From the NCBI GenBank assembly GCA_964019335.1, contig OZ025654.1:372001-436000 (forward strand): a stretch of 64,000 nt of DNA, given 5' to 3'. The translations under genes and the position numbers were made by a program. The notes under the pieces are model-generated. The model worked only from the letters and a program-made list of their open reading frames with translations, was not told the DNA's origin and made no database searches. Numbering within the stretch: position 1 is the first letter of the stretch; each line of letters starts with the position of its first letter. Positions 62,581-64,000 of this stretch are shown here, piece after piece. Origin of the DNA: Diplonema japonicum. Its lineage: Eukaryota; Protista; Euglenozoa: Diplonemea.

Positions 62581-63420
62581 CTACCCATAAGTCATCGGGG
62601 TCCTTCCGTTTGAGTAGATGTTTACCTGTGTTCTATTCTTCATTGGGGGGTGCCCAGAGGTGGGTTGGTAGGCAGTTGGCGGTCCTTTTTTCGGGATGGG
62701 TGGTGGGGCGGTCGTGTTTCCAAGAGGGACAGATTCAGAAAAGCCAGTGTAGGGAGCCGCTTGCTTCGAATTGGTCATCTTCATGAGGAGTTGTGTTTGT
62801 TCCAGCCTGTGCTGCAGTTCGTTGTTTCGTGTTTGAAGGTCGACCAATTCATTGGACTTCGCCTCACGTTCTTTTCGGAGCTCCTCTCTGAGCTGCGCGA
62901 TTTCAGTGGTAGCGTCTTGCCGCACACGTCGCAGCATCTCTTCTCCCTGCACCTTCGAGAAGTTGCTTTCATGCATCACAGTTGACGGTCGCACGTACAC
63001 CTTCTGCGCAATGGGGCGATTCTCAATCATCTCAAATGAAGGTATCTCATTGACAGGGTCTTCAGGCCGGTAGACTGAGGCAATAAGGCGGACAAGATCG
63101 AAAGCATTGATGGCGGAGAAAAGCAGGTCGTACTGGTTAGGCGCTCCCTTCACAGCCCGCACATCGTCTTCATACAGAACCATTGTCTGGATATGTGAAA
63201 TGGCAATGCACCGCTCCATAGATGTTTGAAGGTCGGCAGCATAGCTCGCCCTGTCAAGAAGAAGTACCAGCCGCTTTGACTGCCGACCGTCCCTCCCAGG
63301 ACGCCCTGACACTTGGAAGAAGTGCAGCGTGCATGCACCGCTGGAGCTGCTCGCAGACGTAAGGTACTCTACAGGCAGGCCGACTCTATTCGTCTGTGTT
63401 GAGTACTGAGACACTGACAT
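62581..63420 (-). CDS. PH-like domain plus coiled-coil protein
   Basis: 279 aa; RQSKRLVLLLD...ERCIAISHI...QYDLL resembles euglenozoan PH-like modules (tentative); heptad-rich region; Pro-rich tail. Confidence 0.7.
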   Translation of the reverse strand: MSVSQYSTQTNRVGLPVEYLTSASSSSGACTLHFFQVSGRPGRDGRQSKRLVLLLDRASYAADLQTSMERCIAISHIQTMVLYEDDVRAVKGAPNQYDLLFSAINAFDLVRLIASVYRPEDPVNEIPSFEMIENRPIAQKVYVRPSTVMHESNFSKVQGEEMLRRVRQDATTEIAQLREELRKEREAKSNELVDLQTRNNELQHRLEQTQLLMKMTNSKQAAPYTGFSESVPLGNTTAPPPIPKKGPPTAYQPTSGHPPMKNRTQVNIYSNGRTPMTYG

Positions 63421-63683
63421 TTGCCCACCCTTTTATTTTCCTTTTTGTTTTTTACCAGAATTTTTAAAGTGTGGGTATGCAAATGAGAAAGGGGAAATAG
63501 TGAATGGGGGAAAAAAAAAAAGAAATGAGGGAAGAAAAAAGGGGGCTGGAAGAAGAGGGGACTCAAAAAATCATCCCCTTCAGAAACACAGCCCATCTAT
63601 TAATACCCCCCCCCCCCCCCCCCCTCCCTTTCTGGGAAAGCCCTTGTTCATCCTCAACAAAAGAAAAAGAACAATAGGAAATT

Positions 63684-64000
63684 TCACCATTCCCTGAACT
63701 CCATCCATTTATTCAAAATGATCTCAAGCAACATAAAGATGCCCTTCGCAACGAGATACAAGACAACAGGCCAGACAAGGTCCCAGAACGTAGGTAGGAT
63801 GGCGAATGTGTTGGAGAGAGGCTGGAGTTCCTGCATTGCATTTTTCTTTCCCCCCCCTCCCCCACACACCTTCCCACTCGACGACACAGGGTGGTTAGGT
63901 AGCAGCTTGGCATGTGTTTCGAAATACTCCCTCAGGACAGGGTCCTCCTTAGCACGCTGCGTCTTGGAAAGTTGTCTTTTATCAAATTGTGTAAAAGGCG
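63684..64000 (-). CDS. 3' end of a gene with a C-terminal hydrophobic anchor; 39-nt intron at 63831-63869
   Basis: Frame is open from the window end: PFTQFDKRQLSK...SSSGK|ELQPLSNTFAILPTFWDLVWPVVLYLVAKGIFMLL...; intron GTGTGT...TGCAG. Confidence 0.6.
   Translation of the reverse strand, partial: PFTQFDKRQLSKTQRAKEDPVLREYFETHAKLLPNHPVSSSGKVCGGGGGKKNAMQELQPLSNTFAILPTFWDLVWPVVLYLVAKGIFMLLEIILNKWMEFREW

Noticed and set aside
2897-62985. Many plus-strand and alternate-frame ORFs overlapping the long genes (e.g. 3520..4212, 21185..21919, 36658..37407, 39983..40714)
   Set aside because: They are antisense or frame shadows of GC-rich coding DNA and carry no independent motifs.
1-64000. tRNA, rRNA or spliced-leader RNA genes
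   Set aside because: None recognised by eye; tRNAscan-SE or Infernal would be needed to exclude them.

Overview
Eukaryotic protist DNA, most likely a free-living euglenozoan such as a diplonemid. This is an inference from three things: all ~20 supported genes are on the minus strand, the calpain and adenylate cyclase are of kinetoplastid type, and there are short GT-AG introns. Intergenic DNA is rich in A/T and G/C homopolymers. The window holds a 5'-partial N-acylated PAS protein, three 7-TM surface proteins that share a near-identical membrane cassette but have different ectodomains, and TMEM245/AI-2E-like, NYN RNase, S28 peptidase, PLAC8, CCCH, PB1-WD40 and ankyrin genes. It also holds an intron-split calpain with an intact triad and a C2 domain, a 3004-aa Cys-repeat surface protein, a class V PLP enzyme, a transglutaminase-like pseudogene, an SLC38-like transporter and two PH-like paralogs. 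The best candidate for an undescribed system is a ~1570-aa fusion of two ammonium-transporter (Amt) domains, one degenerate and one intact, with an intact adenylate cyclase and a pseudo-cyclase, which could act as an ammonium-to-cAMP transceptor. Also notable are the mosaic constant-cassette/variable-ectodomain receptor array and a strand-locked intergenic repeat with a conserved YAG|G. All calls come from reading motifs by eye; no searches were run.
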